A DNA stretch of 62,457 bases, counting the filler, from Chiloscyllium plagiosum (lineage: Eukaryota), in the NCBI RefSeq assembly GCF_004010195.1. It is 3 parts of one record of this genome, joined end to end, with 100 filler letters (N's around TTAATTAATTAA, not from the genome) between each part and the next. Parts side by side here need not be neighbours in the genome. Positions count along the whole stretch, not along the records: positions 1 to 27,146 come from NC_057716.1; 2 more parts are not named here. One strand, written 5' to 3'. Shown here one piece after another: positions 1-12,029 of this stretch. A program made the translations under genes and the position numbers. The stretch's first letter is position 1. Each line of letters opens with the position of its first letter. The notes beneath the pieces are model-generated. The model was not told the origin of the DNA. It was given only the letters and a program-made list of their open reading frames with translations, and searched no databases.

Positions 1-106
1 CACCTTCCTCATTCCTGAAGAAGGGCTTATGCCCGAAATGTCGATTCTCCTGCTCCTTGGATGCTGCCTGACCTGCTGCGCTTTTCCAGCAACACATTTT
101 TCAGCT
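1..106 (+). mobile_element. Penelope-like element terminal repeat (pLTR, type A) with hammerhead core
   Basis: CTGAAGA-A-GGGC-TTAT-GCCC-GAAATGTC at 15-42, followed by the recurrent GATGCTGCCTGACCTGCTGCGCTTTTCCAGC tract found throughout the window. Confidence 0.75.
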
Positions 107-488
107 GTTTACATATTGTTTCAAGAATTGGACTGTTTACGTATTATGTCTTGTAGCTTGACCCTGTCTACTCTGTCCAGACCCATCATGATTTGGAAAT
201 TTCTGTCAAGTCTTCTCTTATCCTATTCTTCTTCAAGGAAAACAATTCCAAATTCTCCAATCTTGCCTCATAACTAAAGCTTTTCATCACCAGATACGGA
301 TTACTTCATTGTTTGGGAAGTCTTGACTGGTGCTGAACATGGTGCAATCATCAGTGAACAGCCACACTTTCTGACCCTTTAATCACACTGAATTTGAAGT
401 AATGTCCACAGGAGAATTGAGTAAATATTTGAAAAGGGTTATAGAGGCATGTTGGACTCATAGATTCGCTCTTTCCAAGAACCACGGT

Positions 489-809
489 GGCGGCACGGTG
501 GCACAGTGCTTAGCACTGCTGCCTCACAGCGCCAGAGACCTGGGTTCAAATCCCGCCTCAGGCGACTCTCTGTGTGGGGTTTGCACATTCTCTCCATGTC
601 TGCGTGGGTTTCCACCGGGTGCTCTGGTTTCCTCCCACAGTCCAAAAAAAAAGTGCAGGTCAGGTGAATTGGCCATGCTAAATTGCCCGTAGTGTTAGGT
701 GCAGGGGTAAATGTAGGGGAATGAGTCTGGGTGGGTTGTGCTTCGGCGGGTCAGTGTGGACTTGTTGGGCCGAAGGGCCCGTTTCCACACTGTAAGTAAT
801 CTAATCTAA
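489..809 (+). mobile_element. HE1-like V-SINE (tRNA-derived)
   Basis: A box (TGGCACAGTGC) and B box (GGTTCAAATCC); V-domain-like TTTGCACATTCTC..GTGGGTTTCC; CR1-type tail GGGCCGAAGGGCC..(AATCT)n. Confidence 0.85.
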
Positions 810-1879
810 CCAGTACAGGCATGATGGAGTGAATGATCTTCTTTTGTACTTTATGACTTTTTGATAAGATGTTGAGTGAGGGTGCAGCATCAGAAAAGTA
901 TTTTGCTTTCGAGTACTGAAATCCCTCATTCGGAATTTAAAAACTTGTTTGTTTCAAGTGAATCTAGAAAATCTTGAGTCCTGTCAGAATCAGCATTGCA
1001 TGGATATTAGAATCCTCCCAGATTGTTCAAGAAACAAGGCACATCGTGTTCTCTTTTGAAACCAGTTTGAATTCAGGCAATTTATTTGCAATCTCATGAC
1101 TGATAAATAAATAATGGATCACTTAAAAGTTCCTACTAGGTTAGTGAATATGTTCTGTTGTTTGGCTTTCGTTGTGGAAATGTTAAGTACTTTTAATGAT
1201 ATTTGAAAACTTCCCTGAGGATTTTTTTTTCAGTCCCTGTATGTTGTCATTCTGGGCTTTGGTGGTTTGTGTTTATTGGCCATGGATCAAGAATACAACT
1301 GGGCTTCATTTTAAGTTTGTGCACAGAACAGGGGTGTCCTGTAGGAACTCAAAATTCCACCACTCAGGGCTGGCATTGTTATCTGGATTTGAATCCACTC
1401 TTGCTCCTTGGCGCTTTCAAAACGCTCTCAAAAGACCAGGCATTGGCAGTCAAACAAAGCCTCACTTTTAAAAGCCTCATCCTCGCTTTCAAATCCACCC
1501 ATGACGTGCTTCTCACCTTCTGTTTCTCTAATCCCCCGCGGGGTCACAACCATCTAACCCCCATCTCTGCAGTCCTCCAATACCGTCTCTTGAGCATCCA
1601 CGATTTTAATTGCTCAGCCATTGGCAGCTATGGCTCCAGAGTCTTTGAAATATCATTTTTAAAATTCTCTGCTTTTTATTTATTGTCTTTTAATATACTG
1701 CTTAAAGTTTATCTTTTTTGACCAAACCTTTGGCCACGTGCCCAAATATTTCTTGAGGGACTCAGTGTTAGATCTCGCTCTACGACATTCCATTGAAACA
1801 CCTTGGTGCATGTAACTACTTTAAATGTGTGTTATAAAGCTAAGCTGTTATTGTTGCTGACATAACATTGGAAGAAGAT

Positions 1880-1967
1880 TCAAAGACAGTATGAAAAATG
1901 GGGTGCAAGTCTAAAGGGAGTGCAGGTGCTAAGGGAGCTGGCTATATATGCACACAGATTATTGAAG
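1880..1967 (+). mobile_element. Old CR1 LINE fragment, left part (interrupted by PLE)
   Basis: Degenerate CR1 ORF2 C-terminal reading that resumes at 4129 after the 13-bp duplication CAGATTATTGAAG. Confidence 0.55.
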
Positions 1968-4128
1968 AGGTGAAGGTGCCTGTGTTAGACTGGGTTGGAC
2001 AAGGTCAAAAGTCACACGACACCAGGTTATAGTCCAACAGGTTTATTTGTAAACACGAGTTTTCTGAGCGCTGCTCCTTCATCACATGTAATGAGAGAGG
2101 AGGCATCTGACACGGAATTTAAAAGTCAAAGATCAACAGGTCATACAACTGATGTGAATGTATTCAACAAACCTAAAATGGCTGACTCCCTCCCAATAAA
2201 TCTTTAATCAGTTAGAAAGGAGAGGCAGGTTTCAATCTATTAAATGTAAATCCCAGAATTTTTTTTAAGTCACTGTCCCAAGATAACTAAAGATTTCATC
2301 AGTGTATACAAGAGGTCAGGTCAGACAATGCATTTTAGATATGAGGCCTTGTTTAGAATGTGTCTGTGTTCCAACCTGGAGTCAGACTGGTTTTATTTCC
2401 AAAGCAGAGCTTTATAAAATGACACACTGACTGACTGTGTCTCTAAATTGTGTGCTTTTTGAACAAAATAGAATGTATCTGCAAATACAAATCTGCATAT
2501 GTAAATGCAAATTTATCCCATAGGCGTATATATATATATGTGTGTGAGTGTGTGTATTTGAGGGAGAGAAGATTGTGTGTGTGTGTGTTAAAAAAAGGGG
2601 GCGAGAGAGAGAGAAAGAGAGAGAGTGTGTGTGTGAGTGTATGTGTTGGGTATGTGTGTGTGTGAGTACGTGTATAAGAGAGACTGTATGTGTGTGTGTG
2701 TGAGTGCGTTTGTGTGAGAGTGTGTGTGAGAGAATATATAGTGTGGTGGGATATGAGAGATATGAACCCAAGATCCCAGTTGAGGCTGTCCTCATGGGTA
2801 CCAAACTTGGCTATCACCCTCTGCTTGGCAACTCTGTGTTGTTATGTATCCCTAAGTCCACCTTGGAGGACATTTACCCCAAGATCTGAGGCTGAATGCC
2901 CTTCACAGCTGAAGTGTTCCCGCACTGGGAGGGAACACCCTGTCTGATGATTGTTGTGCAGTTTCCAAGGATGCCCCGAGGCATGGTACATTGGTGAGAC
3001 CAAGCAGACGCTACAACAATGGATGAACGGATACCATGCAACAATTGCTAGGCGAGGGTGTTCCCTCCCAGTGGTGGAACATTTCATCTATGAAGGGCAT
3101 TCAGCATCGGATCTTGGGGTAAATGTCTTCCAAGGCGGACTTTAGGATATACAGCAACACAGAGTCACCAAGCAAAGGCTGATAGCCAAGTTTGGTACCC
3201 ATGAAGATGGCCTCAACTGGGATGGTAGGTTAATGTCACACTACAGGTGACCCCACCACACTTTACACTCTCTCTCTCACACACACACGTGCTCACATGC
3301 ATACTCTCTCACACATATACTCCCTCACACTCACACACATACATGCACGCACTCTCTCTTTCACATACACACTCACATGCACACACCCACACGCACAATC
3401 TCACACACAGATACTCCCTCACACCCACACACACTTGCTCTCAAGCGCACACAAACGCTCACTCACATGCATGCACACTCTCTCACACACGTACTCCCTC
3501 ACACTCACACACATGAACACACACAGGCTCACACACACACACACACTCTCGCTTCCCTCACCCCCCACACACACTCTCTCTCTCTGTCTCACACACACAT
3601 ACAAATCTATGGGATGAATTTACACTTGCAGATTTGTATTTGCGGATTCATTCTATTTTGTTCAGAAGAGCTCACAATTTGTAGACACAGTCAGTCCGTG
3701 CGGCATTTTATAAATCCCTCCTTTGGAAATAAAACCAATCTGACTCTAGGTTGGAACACAGACACATTCTAAACAAGCCCTCACACCTAAATGCGTTCTC
3801 CGACCTGAGATGTCACTGCTTGTATACACTGATAAAATCTTCAGTTATCACGGGGCAGTGACTTGAAAGAAATTCTGGTATTTGCATTTGAATCGAACAA
3901 AACCTGCCTCTCCTTTCTAACTGATTAAAGATTTAACGGTAGGGAGTCAGCCATTTTAAGTTTGTTGAGTATATTCACATCAGTTGTATGACCCTTTGTT
4001 CTTTTACTTTCAAATTCTGTGTCTGATGCCTCCTCTGTCATGACACTTGATGAAGGAGCAATGCTCTGAAAGCTCATATTTACTAATAAACCTGTTGGAC
4101 TATAACCTGATGTCGCGTGACTTTTGAC
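1968..4128. mobile_element. Penelope-like element fold-back insertion (GIY-YIG 3' end, inverted arms, internal CA/TG microsatellites)
   Basis: ~2003-2956 is the diverged reverse complement of ~3040-4128. 2951-3145 encodes CPEAWYIGETKQTL..CSLPVVEHF (GIY-YIG). Degenerate hammerhead cores near 2060-2085(-) and 4046-4075(+). TSD at 1955-1967/4129-4141. Confidence 0.85.
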
Positions 4129-4810
4129 CAGATTATTGAAGGTGGCAGGAAAGGTGAAGAGACACTTTAGGAAAGCATGCCGTGTTCCTGATTTTGTTAC
4201 TAGAGGCATAGGGTGCAAGAGCAGGAAAGTGATTTTGAACTAATTTGAGACATTTTGTTAAATCTCAGCTGGACTATTGTGTACATTTGTGGGCGCTACA
4301 TCATAGGAAAGATCTGAATGAATTGGAGTCAGCAAAGAAGGAGTTCCAGGAATGAGAAACCTGAGTTAGGAGGATAGATTGAATAAGTTGGGGCTGTTCT
4401 CCTTGGAGAAAAGAAGGCTCCGAGGATATCGATAGGGGTTTTCAACATTATGAGTGGACTGGACAAGGTAGATGGGGAGAAGCTGTTTTTGTTCACAAAA
4501 GAAAATACAACAAGAGGCCATATAACTCTGTGATCTGCCTGTATTGCTTGCAAGACAAAGCTTTTCACTGTGCCTCAGTACATGTGACAATAAATTCAAT
4601 TCAATTAAATTCAATAGATTTAAACTGACGTGCAAATGAAACAAGGGTGGTGTGAGGGAAAAAAAACATTTTCACACAGTGGGTAGTTAGGAGATGAAGT
4701 GCACTGCCTGGAAATGTGGTGGAGGCAGGTTCAATTGAAACATACAAGAGGACTTTGGATGGTTGTTTGGATCGAATCTGTGTGTGCAGGGAAATGTTGA
4801 AAAGACAGAA
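4129..4810 (+). mobile_element. Old CR1 LINE 3' fragment, right part; contains a short Rex1/Babar-type tail at ~4520-4615
   Basis: LGLFSLEKRRLR-like coding remnants; inserted tail ending AATAAA(TTCAA)n matches the tail at 23590(-). Confidence 0.6.
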
Positions 4811-4826
4811 CATTAGTATTAGGATC

Positions 4827-5105
4827 GTAGAATCCCTGCAGTGTGGAAGCAGGTCATTCAAACCCACACTGACCCTCCAAAGAACGTCCTAACCAAATCC
4901 ACTCCCTACCTTATCCCTGCATTTCTAATCCCTGACCACTGTGGGGCAATTTAGCATGACCAATCCACCTAACCTGCACATCTTTGGACTCTGGGAGGAA
5001 AGCCGCACAGACACAGGGAGAACGTGCAAACTCCACACAGTCACCTGAGGATGGAATTGAACCCAAGTCCCAGCACTGTGAAGCAGCTGAGCCACTGTGT
5101 TGCCC
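4827..5105 (-). mobile_element. HE1-like SINE, diverged
   Basis: Reverse complement similar to 489-809. Confidence 0.75.
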
Positions 5106-6859
5106 TGAAGTCCTCAGTCTCAGGAAGATGAACTGTGCTAATCCTGTGGAAGGGTAAGGCAGCTACAAACTAAAATACTTTGGAAAAGTATCTCTGCTGA
5201 ATGTAAAGTCTGATTTAGAGACTTTCCCATCCCTAGCAAGGTTAACATAAGGAACAGGACTGAGTGGCTTTTTGAAGAGAATAAGGGATCTATTTTGACT
5301 TCCTGTAGACAAATAGGATTTTATTGTTTTCAAAGTAAAGTTGGTGAGCTGCAGGGGAAAATGCAACCCAGCACACCATTGTGGTTTCAGAGTTCAATAA
5401 TCGGGCTGATTTACAGCAGTTCAAAAAACAGCTCACTACCAGTTTCCCAAGGGTAATTGATTTGGACAATAAACACTGACCTTGATCCTTCACTGACCTT
5501 CATCTCAAGAGTGATTTTTAAAAAAAATCCCTTGCCCATAGGCAGCAGTGTCATATTTGATCAACACCCACATGGAAGGCAGTTTGTGAAGCTCAAGGTT
5601 TTATCAAATTCTCAGTAAACCCCATCATTGAATAAGAATCCTTCAGCTCATTCAAATCTCCGCTGCTCATTTCTTAATTTGCACGAAATCCTGTTCATCT
5701 ATGAGCCCCTCTTCTTGTTAAACTCTCACTCTGGCAACACTATGCTCATGTTACGATACCTCTGCTATCCTGTGCTCCACACATATTTGTGTGGGTGGGG
5801 CTCTTGTTCATTAATTAGTGGTGCTCCTCTTCTGGAATTAAAAAGCCGGTAGCATTTCAGGAATCATAGAGAATCATAGAGACATCCAGCACGGAAACAA
5901 CTTCGGTCCAACCAGTCCATGCCAACCATAATCCCAAACTAAACTAATTCCACCTGCCTGCACTCTCTGCTGTCAAATATGTTGTAATGTTCCAAGGTTG
6001 TGAAGGACGCTATATAAATGCAAGTCTTTTTTTTGGTCATTTTACTGCAACACCGGTGATCACTGGAGTGTTGAAAATTGGAGCCTATGCTTGTTATTAT
6101 ATCAAAAGGTGTGGATGTTGTGAATGGATTAGACAAAGGAGAGGCACCCCTTGCTAGCCTCATACAACACTCCCCTCCAGTGTAGGTCACCAGCATTGAT
6201 CGGTCCTGCAGATAAAAGCAACAAGTCACCCTGTCGGAATACATGATTAATGTGGCAATCAATTACCAAGGAGACTGGGTCAGCCGAGAATGCTTAGCGA
6301 CCAGCACATCCAGCAGTGCACCTGGTTGGCATGGCAATGGGCTAATACTGAGGGTGTTGTTTGAAGGAAATGGGAAAATGAGAACGCCAATGTGGGAAGC
6401 AAGGCCAACAGACGAGATTAAAGCGAAAGTGAGAAGTGGAATCCAGCTGAACGGGCTGTGAAAATGAGAAGCTGTCACAGCTGACCTAAAGAAACTCCAC
6501 CAAGGGTCGTGGACTCCTCAGCAGAAGCTGATTGGAGGGATCAATCATGAAGACACAGTAGAGAGATAGGCCATTCCGGTCAAGTAGACCATGCCAATGT
6601 TTATTCCTCCTTAATAGTCTTGTCCCACCCCTCTTCAGCTAACCGCATCAATTTATCCTTTTGTTCCTTAAGATCATTAAATGTACTAGCATCAAGTCTG
6701 CTAGCATTTCTTTCATCTGATGCGTTTACCCAGTTGGCCCTTAACCACTTGGCGACTTAGCCACTCCCTCTGTCAATAGATTCCAGATCCTCGCCACTAA
6801 TAGGACCACAAGGTATAGGAGTAGGATGAGGCCATTCAGCCCATTGAGCCTGCTTCACA

Positions 6860-6902
6860 GGGGTGAGAGGAGCTGGAGGTGGGAGTGAGGGGACATGGNG
6901 GA

Positions 6903-6935
<33 letters not shown>

Positions 6936-7060
6936 GAGAGGGGAGTTAGGGCTGTGGGAAGCTGAGGCCAAGGGGAGCCATGCGTGAGGGGAACTGAGTG
7001 TGAGGGGGGCTAGGGGTGAGGGGAGCTGAGATTGCGAAGTGCTTGGGCTGAGGGGAGCTA
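6860..7060. repeat. Poly-G run plus degenerate GGGGTGAGGGGAGCTGAG low-complexity repeat
   Basis: ~30-nt G run at ~6904-6934; repeated GTGAGGGGAGCT motifs. Confidence 0.7.
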
Positions 7061-7259
7061 AAACAGAAGTCAGGTAAAATAGTTTATTTAATAAACTATA
7101 TTATGCTGGATTATAGCCAAGAAGTGAATCATCTTGTTCTATCTCAAAGGAAATAAATGTTTCCAGCTCATCCTGAAGGTTTTTAATGTCTCCTTTCCAC
7201 ATTTTAATTAACCACAAGGGGGGGGAAGAGGGAATGAAAGACTCATAAGAAATAATATC

Positions 7260-7700
7260 TAAACATTCAAATACACACAGTCATTCAAATATATACATGC
7301 ACTCTAATATGCAGTCACACTTCCATGCACACTAAAATATGCACACTCATTCAATATATACACACAAATGTACACAATCTGAAATATACGCCGGCTGAAA
7401 TATACAAATTCACCATATATACACCCCACACAAACATGCACACACATTGACGCACATGTACGTCCCAAAGCACTCATACAAACTCACTCATGCTTACACA
7501 CTTATTCACAATCACATACACTCACAATGGCAGGCATACCTACATACATCATTAGACATGTTACATGCACAGACACACAAGGAGATACACTTGCACACAC
7601 GCACTTCCTCATTCATCCCGTTACAAAGACTCATAACATTCACACACTTATGCACATGGACTCATTCACAATTCGCACACTAACACACACACTTTCTCAT
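7260..7700. repeat. Decayed CA-rich low-complexity tract
   Basis: ACAC/CATA-rich composition; His/Thr-rich spurious ORFs. Confidence 0.65.
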
Positions 7701-8239
7701 GTACGCAAGGAGTAATGAAAAAGGTTTTTCTCTGATTTCTGAATTGTTACGTCAGTATTTCTCCCTCTTGTTGCTATCAGCCAGTGGTCTAGGTGGATTG
7801 ATAATGTGACGGTAAGGACTGGTTTGCATCATTGGAAAAGTGTTGCTGGAATCCAGACTACAATCTCCAGGCATGTTCTGGTTCAATATCATTAACAGGG
7901 TGTGTTAGCTTAATATTTATTCAAACAGAGGTTTGTAGCCTACTTAAACAAGTGAATTTAAAATTCAGAGAGCAGCCTGTGGAGAGGCAGAGTGTCTAAT
8001 GTATTTATAGTTTCTTATTAAAAGATAATAATATTAAAATTTTGCATGAAGGCCCAGATGTAGAATTAGAGACGATAGTGTTTGATTTGCCAGAATTCTT
8101 CAAAAATGGTATAGAGGTTATTTGTTATATGGATAATTACTTTCATCGATTTCAATGGTTTAAAAAAAAATTCTTGGGAAGAAAATGTTTCTAAAAGAAC
8201 AGTTTCTATTGTCCAACAAAGAGCGCACTTGATTGGCAC

Positions 8240-8705
8240 CTTATATATTCACCACTGTTCACCACTGATGCTCAATGGCAGCATTGTGTTCCATCTACAA
8301 GATGTACTGCAGCAACTTGTCAAAGTTCCTTAAAAAGCACCTTCCAAACCTACAATCTCTACTACCTCGGACAAAGGCAGCAGATACGTGGGACCACCAC
8401 CAGCAACTTCCTCTCAAAGCTCCTGTCGTAGAAACATAACAAAATAGGAGTAGAAATAGACCATTCATCCCTTTGAGCCTGCTCTGCCATTCAGTATAAT
8501 CGTGGGCGATTATCAAACCCAGCATCCTGTTCCCATAGCCCGATACATTGCCATTCCTTCACTGTCACTAATAGTACAGTAGATATACCTACAAGGACTG
8601 CAATTCAAGAAGGTAGCATATCATCACCTTTTCAAAGGCAACTAGGAATGGGCAAGAAATACTGGCCTAGCCAGCGATGCCCGCATCTCCAAATGAAAAA
8701 GAAAA
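8240..8705 (+). mobile_element. Old LINE 3' end (family also at 45890-47510)
   Basis: CACCTTCCAAACC..AAGGGCAACTAGG..GGGCAATAAATGCTGGCC-like tail shared with 47200-47500, 10140-10360 and 24690-25470. Confidence 0.55.
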
Positions 8706-8729
8706 CATTAGCGGTCATGGAAATATATA

Positions 8730-8889
8730 CAGAAGAAACTCGATTATCTGAAGGCTGTAGGCGGGGAGTATTTTGTTTGGTTTATTAAAAGCCGGATAAT
8801 ATAGTCTAGCCATGCATTGGTACCTTGTGATCTTGTTCGGATAATCCGAAATTTGGATAATCGAATGCCAGATAATCGAGGTTCCTCTG
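8730..8889. mobile_element. Tc1/mariner (Tigger/pogo-like) MITE
   Basis: TA TSD on both sides (8728-29, 8890-91); 21-bp TIRs CAGAAGAAACTCGATTATCTG and rc CAGAGGAACCTCGATTATCTG (2 mismatches); internal GATAATCG repeats. Confidence 0.85.
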
Positions 8890-9084
8890 TATGTGTAAAT
8901 AGCCAATTGTATCTGTATGAAAGACAAGAAGAATAAGGTCTGAAGTGGTAGCAGTGAACTGACATGGAAGGAGGAGCAGGAAGAGCAGTGAGAGGGAGGG
9001 CAGTGTCTGAGCCCTGGAGGGCATGTTGCCATTTAGGGCTGGATGATGTTGGGCAGAAACATTGAAGGGATTTACAAAAATGAA

Positions 9085-9380
9085 GAAGACTTGCACTTAC
9101 ATTGTATCTTTCTCAACATTAAGACACCCAAAGTGCTTTGCAATGATTGCAGTGTCTTGTATTCTGAAGAAAAATGGAACAGCCAATATCTGCACAGCAA
9201 GATCCCACAAACAGCAATGCAGTACTAACTTCACAACCAGTTTTGCTGTTGTAGATTAAGTGAGCACAATTGGCCAGGACATTTAGGAGAGTAGCCCTTG
9301 CCCTTTCTTTGAAACAGTGCAGTGATATATTTTGCATTCCATTGAGAGGGCAGGTGAGGCTGAGGTTACACTCTCTAAGG
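9085..9380 (-). mobile_element. SacSINE1/DeuSINE-like relic
   Basis: Reverse complement resembles 14405-14735 (GGGATCTTGCTGTGC.., tail region). Confidence 0.45.
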
Positions 9381-9919
9381 AAAACTGTGCAGTTCAAATT
9401 AAAACAAAAACGTTTAAGCTAGCACATAGAAGGGAGGGCATTAACCGATGGACATTGCTTAGGATCAAAAACAAAGGAAAGCTGAACTTGGCATAAGACA
9501 GGATGTAGATATTGGAGACAACCCACAATAGTTTGATATGTCAACTGTGACTGCCCTAGCTCCATATATGAAGTTTACACATGACGACATTTTGATGGTG
9601 GAATGTCATGCAAAGAGTTATGGCTGAAAGGACAGATTAAAGTTTGAGGGGCTGAATCCTGCTGCTCATTCATATGCTCATACGTAACATAAAGTGGTTT
9701 CTAGTGTTGAAGTCTGGTGACTAACCATTTTAGTTTTAGTTCCAAAACAGCCCTTACTTTCAGCATTTACAGTCAGAGTTTAATTTTTCTGGCTGAGTTT
9801 TGCCGAGTGATAATGGTCTAATTATGAAGCACAGAATTCTGGTATCCAAGTGAGTAGTGATATATTTTAGTCAGTTGTTTAACAGCATTGGCCGTTTCTT
9901 CACTTACTTTGTTGCTGTG

Positions 9920-10500
9920 TTTTAGTTGGTAGCACTGTCACCGCTGATTTTGAACCTGTGCGTTTAAACTTCACACTAAACTCTTGTGCACAACGTTTCT
10001 GCTGACACAGTGCCAGTACTTTGGAGGTGCTGCACCATCAGAGATGTTGTCTTTCTGTTGTGTCATTGTGCTGAGGCCCTGTCTCTCTATTCAGATGCAT
10101 GTTAAGAACTCCAGTTGTATTATATTACAAAGAAGAGCCATGCACCATCCTGACTTGGAAATATATTGCCATTCCTTCACTGTCATCGGGTCAGAATCCT
10201 GAAACGCCCTCCCTAGTGGCACTGTGGGTATACATGTACCCCAAGGACTGCAGTGGTTAAAGGTTACGATTTGCTGCCACTGCTTTCTCAAGAGCAATTA
10301 GGATAAGCAATTAGTGCTGTTTGCCCAACCAGTGATGCCCACAGCCTGTGAATGAATAAAGAGTGGAATGCTCCCTGGTGTCATAGCTAATGTTTTTGAT
10401 CCCTCAACAAATAACATTAAGATATCTCACTGTTGTTTTGAAAAGTTCTGCGCATCAGTTGTTGGCCAAGTTTTCCGACATTACAATACTTCAAAGCTAC
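9920..10500 (+). mobile_element. SacSINE1/DeuSINE-like relic interrupted by a LINE tail (10140-10360)
   Basis: tRNA-like head TTAGTTGGTAGCAC; Deu-like GAGGTGCTGCAC..GAGGCCCTGTCT..GAAGAGC segment. Confidence 0.5.
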
Positions 10501-10707
10501 CATAATAACACAGAATCATTGAAAATGGGAGCAGGTCTCAGCCATTTAGCCTTTGGAACCTGTTTCACCATGATCATGGCTTTCTAGCTTTGTCCCCATA
10601 CCCTTTTGCCTTAACTTCTTCTTGAAAACAGATAATATTGACAGTGAAGTGGTTTGGGACAGTCAGAGGCTCGGAAGGGCTGGTATATAAATGTAAATTC
10701 ATCCTTT

Positions 10708-11426
10708 TGTTACAACACGGGGTAAACCCCCTTGCTAATTTAAACTAGCAACACAAAAAAGATTTGTGCTTTAATCTGTTAAAATTCAAGAGGGCAAAGA
10801 GCTGTCCTAGAGGTCACTACTTAAAGTAAAATTAACAACTTTATTCTTTAAGTCTAATACAGAATTAAAACCAATGTCTATTTACAACTCCTTTCTCTCA
10901 AACCTACCTTTTACCTCCCACTCTACAGAACTAGTCTGATTAAAAAAAATCACGATTAAGATTTACAAACAAAAATCCTGCTTCAAGACCTGTCAGCTTT
11001 ACCTAGTTTCCTCTGTAGATTTTCCTCTGTAGCTTCTCTCCAGGTCAGTTTTGATGTTCTGCTGTGCAAACTCCTTCCCCAGACAGGTACCTTTCAAAGA
11101 GCTCTTGAGCTAGCAGTCTCTATGGTAGTTCTCCCCCTAACTGTTCAAAATGTCTGGTTTTATACCCCAAGACATCAGATCGTTTCATTGGTTTAATATT
11201 ATGAAAAAACTAAATTCAAACGGATTGGAGTTTGGTATCTTGGGGCATAATTTAAAATGATTGGCTGAATTTGAATTTATTTTTGTCTCATGGCAACTCG
11301 GCTACTCTATTTGCCTTGACCATGTGTTTCATTGTTACCTTGCGCAGAACACTTTGTGTTGTGTCAGGTAGTTTTGCTAGATTTTCAACTCTCATACAGG
11401 TACAGTACCTCTACACCTTCATAACA
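10708..11426 (-). mobile_element. Solo LTR
   Basis: TGTTA...TAACA inverted termini; exact 4-bp TSD CTTT (10704-07, 11427-30); minus-strand TATAAAA (~11157-11164) and AATAAA (~10840). Confidence 0.8.
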
Positions 11427-12029
11427 CTTTGAAATAGAAAGTTGGATTTGTGAAAATCACAAACAACATCTTGTATTTCAATAATGACTTTTTAGTGTCA
11501 TAAAATGCCCCAGAAATTTTGAACAAGGATAGATTAGCTATGGTGGTGCATATTATAGCTGAATTATCTCAAGTCCCTATTTGACCACACTCCTGACTAT
11601 GCTCCCACATTCTTCCATGCTTAAGCATAGTTCAGGTAAAACCTTGCTGCCTGTGCTTTCCTTGCACCACATCCTATCCACCTGTGAGACCTGTACTCCC
11701 TGACCTACATGAGTAGCTCACCATCTTGACTTTAAAATTCTGATTTTAGTTTTCAATTCTCTCTTGCAGCCCTGTTACTATTCCAGGATATCTGCGCTCA
11801 ACTAATTCTAACCTCTGGAGCGTCCCCAATATTTGGTCATGCCTTCAATGTTCTGGGGCCCGAGCTTTGGAATTTCTGCGCCTTTACATCATTTTCTCCT
11901 TGAAACCTACAAATTTGACCAGTCTTTTGGTCATCTAATCTCATATCCGAATTACGTTGATTGTGACAGGCCAGATGGTTTTTGTGGTGTGGCTGAGGGC
12001 CCAAGTTTGCATCACTAAGCTTCTGTCAA

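Noticed and set aside
489..580. tRNA genes in SINE heads and in the 29.4-32.7 kb units
   Set aside because: A/B boxes are present but I could not fold a convincing cloverleaf, and the HE1 heads continue into SINE bodies
2412..3772. His/Thr- and Cys/Val-rich ORFs
   Set aside because: Translations of CA/TG microsatellites
6899..6935. Long poly-G as a G-quadruplex element
   Set aside because: Adjacent to an ambiguous base; homopolymer length is unreliable in assemblies
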